Source: Felis catus (Eukaryota). Taken from it: 64,000 nucleotides of DNA. The position numbers and the translations under genes are program-made. Location of the stretch: assembly GCF_018350175.1 (NCBI RefSeq), contig NC_058368.1, positions 69,690,001-69,754,000 of the forward strand. The letters are read 5' to 3'. Position 1 is the stretch's first letter. Every line of letters starts with the position of its first letter. The notes under the pieces are model-generated. The model had not been told where the DNA came from, ran no database searches, and was given only the letters and a program-made list of their open reading frames with translations. Below, piece after piece: positions 63,388 to 64,000 of the stretch.

Positions 63388-64000
63388 GTGAGTATGCGCC
63401 GTGGGCATGAGATCGGGGGCCCCGCCCTGCGGGCTGCAGGCAGTTCTCAGGCCCGATAACGGGAGCAGGAGCCCATAACGTGAGGAAGGCACCTTGGGCC
63501 TTGTTCGGGTTCCCCAAGAGGGGCTCAGGACATGGCTCGTCCCGCATGCAGGATGCCTGCGTACATTTCTTCTAGAATCAAGTGAGGAAGCGAGCTGACG
63601 TGGCCATGAGGTCTGAATCTGCCTTTTACTTCTTGCCTGGCGCTGGGGGCCCTGAAAGACCATCCTCTCCATCCACATGGAAAGGCGGAGCCCCCGCCCA
63701 ATCGAGCAGCCACCTGTCTTTCCCCAGACATGCGCCAGGGGACAGGTCTCCATGATCTGTGACCCTTGTTTGGCAGATGCAGACAGAATGCCAGTCTGCC
63801 CAGGATTATTTCCCTGGCTTAAACTGTCACTCCCCTCAGTGGTTGGATGAAAGGAAGTTTATGGGCTCAACCAAAAAAACAAAAAAAACAAAAACACTTT
63901 TGGTGTTCTGAATGTGATTTTTCGGACATGGTTCCTCTGAGCTGTAGCCAGTTTAGCAAACGTTTGGAAATGCACCGCGTGTCCCCCTGCCTCTGGCAGT

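Noticed and set aside
63055..63753. 232-aa minus-strand ORF
   Set aside because: Antisense shadow of GC-rich exons O and P; no recognisable homology.
1..64000. Prokaryotic systems (CRISPR, operons, IS elements)
   Set aside because: Mammalian intron-exon DNA; no regularly spaced repeat-spacer array or bacterial-like genes seen.

Overview
Eukaryotic (mammalian) genomic DNA, most likely a felid given the abundant cat-type tRNA-derived Can-SINEs. The window lies wholly inside the FARP1 gene (FERM, ARH/RhoGEF and pleckstrin domain protein 1; + strand). I read 16 consecutive coding exons (labelled A-P; about exons 6-21 by recalled human numbering) with AG/GT boundaries and consistent phases. They cover most of the FERM domain, the FERM-adjacent region, the linker, the DH domain and the start of PH1. 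The gene start and end lie outside the window. Introns carry about 24 Can-SINEs plus old L1, L2/MIR, MER/Tigger and LTR fragments. The main surprise is at exon H. It ends at a very weak donor (CAG|GTCCAG, 14799/14800), and the frame stays open for 323 more codons to TAG at 15771-15773. The tail is Ser/Pro/acidic and contains an SKIP (SxIP, EB1-type) motif. It is followed by about 10.6 kb with no recognisable young SINE, ending at a well-formed poly(A) site (AATAAA 26405-26410). This suggests a hidden alternative terminal exon making a GEF-less, FRMD7-like FARP1 isoform, or alternatively a giant internal exon. Repeat family names come from pattern recognition and their boundaries are approximate.
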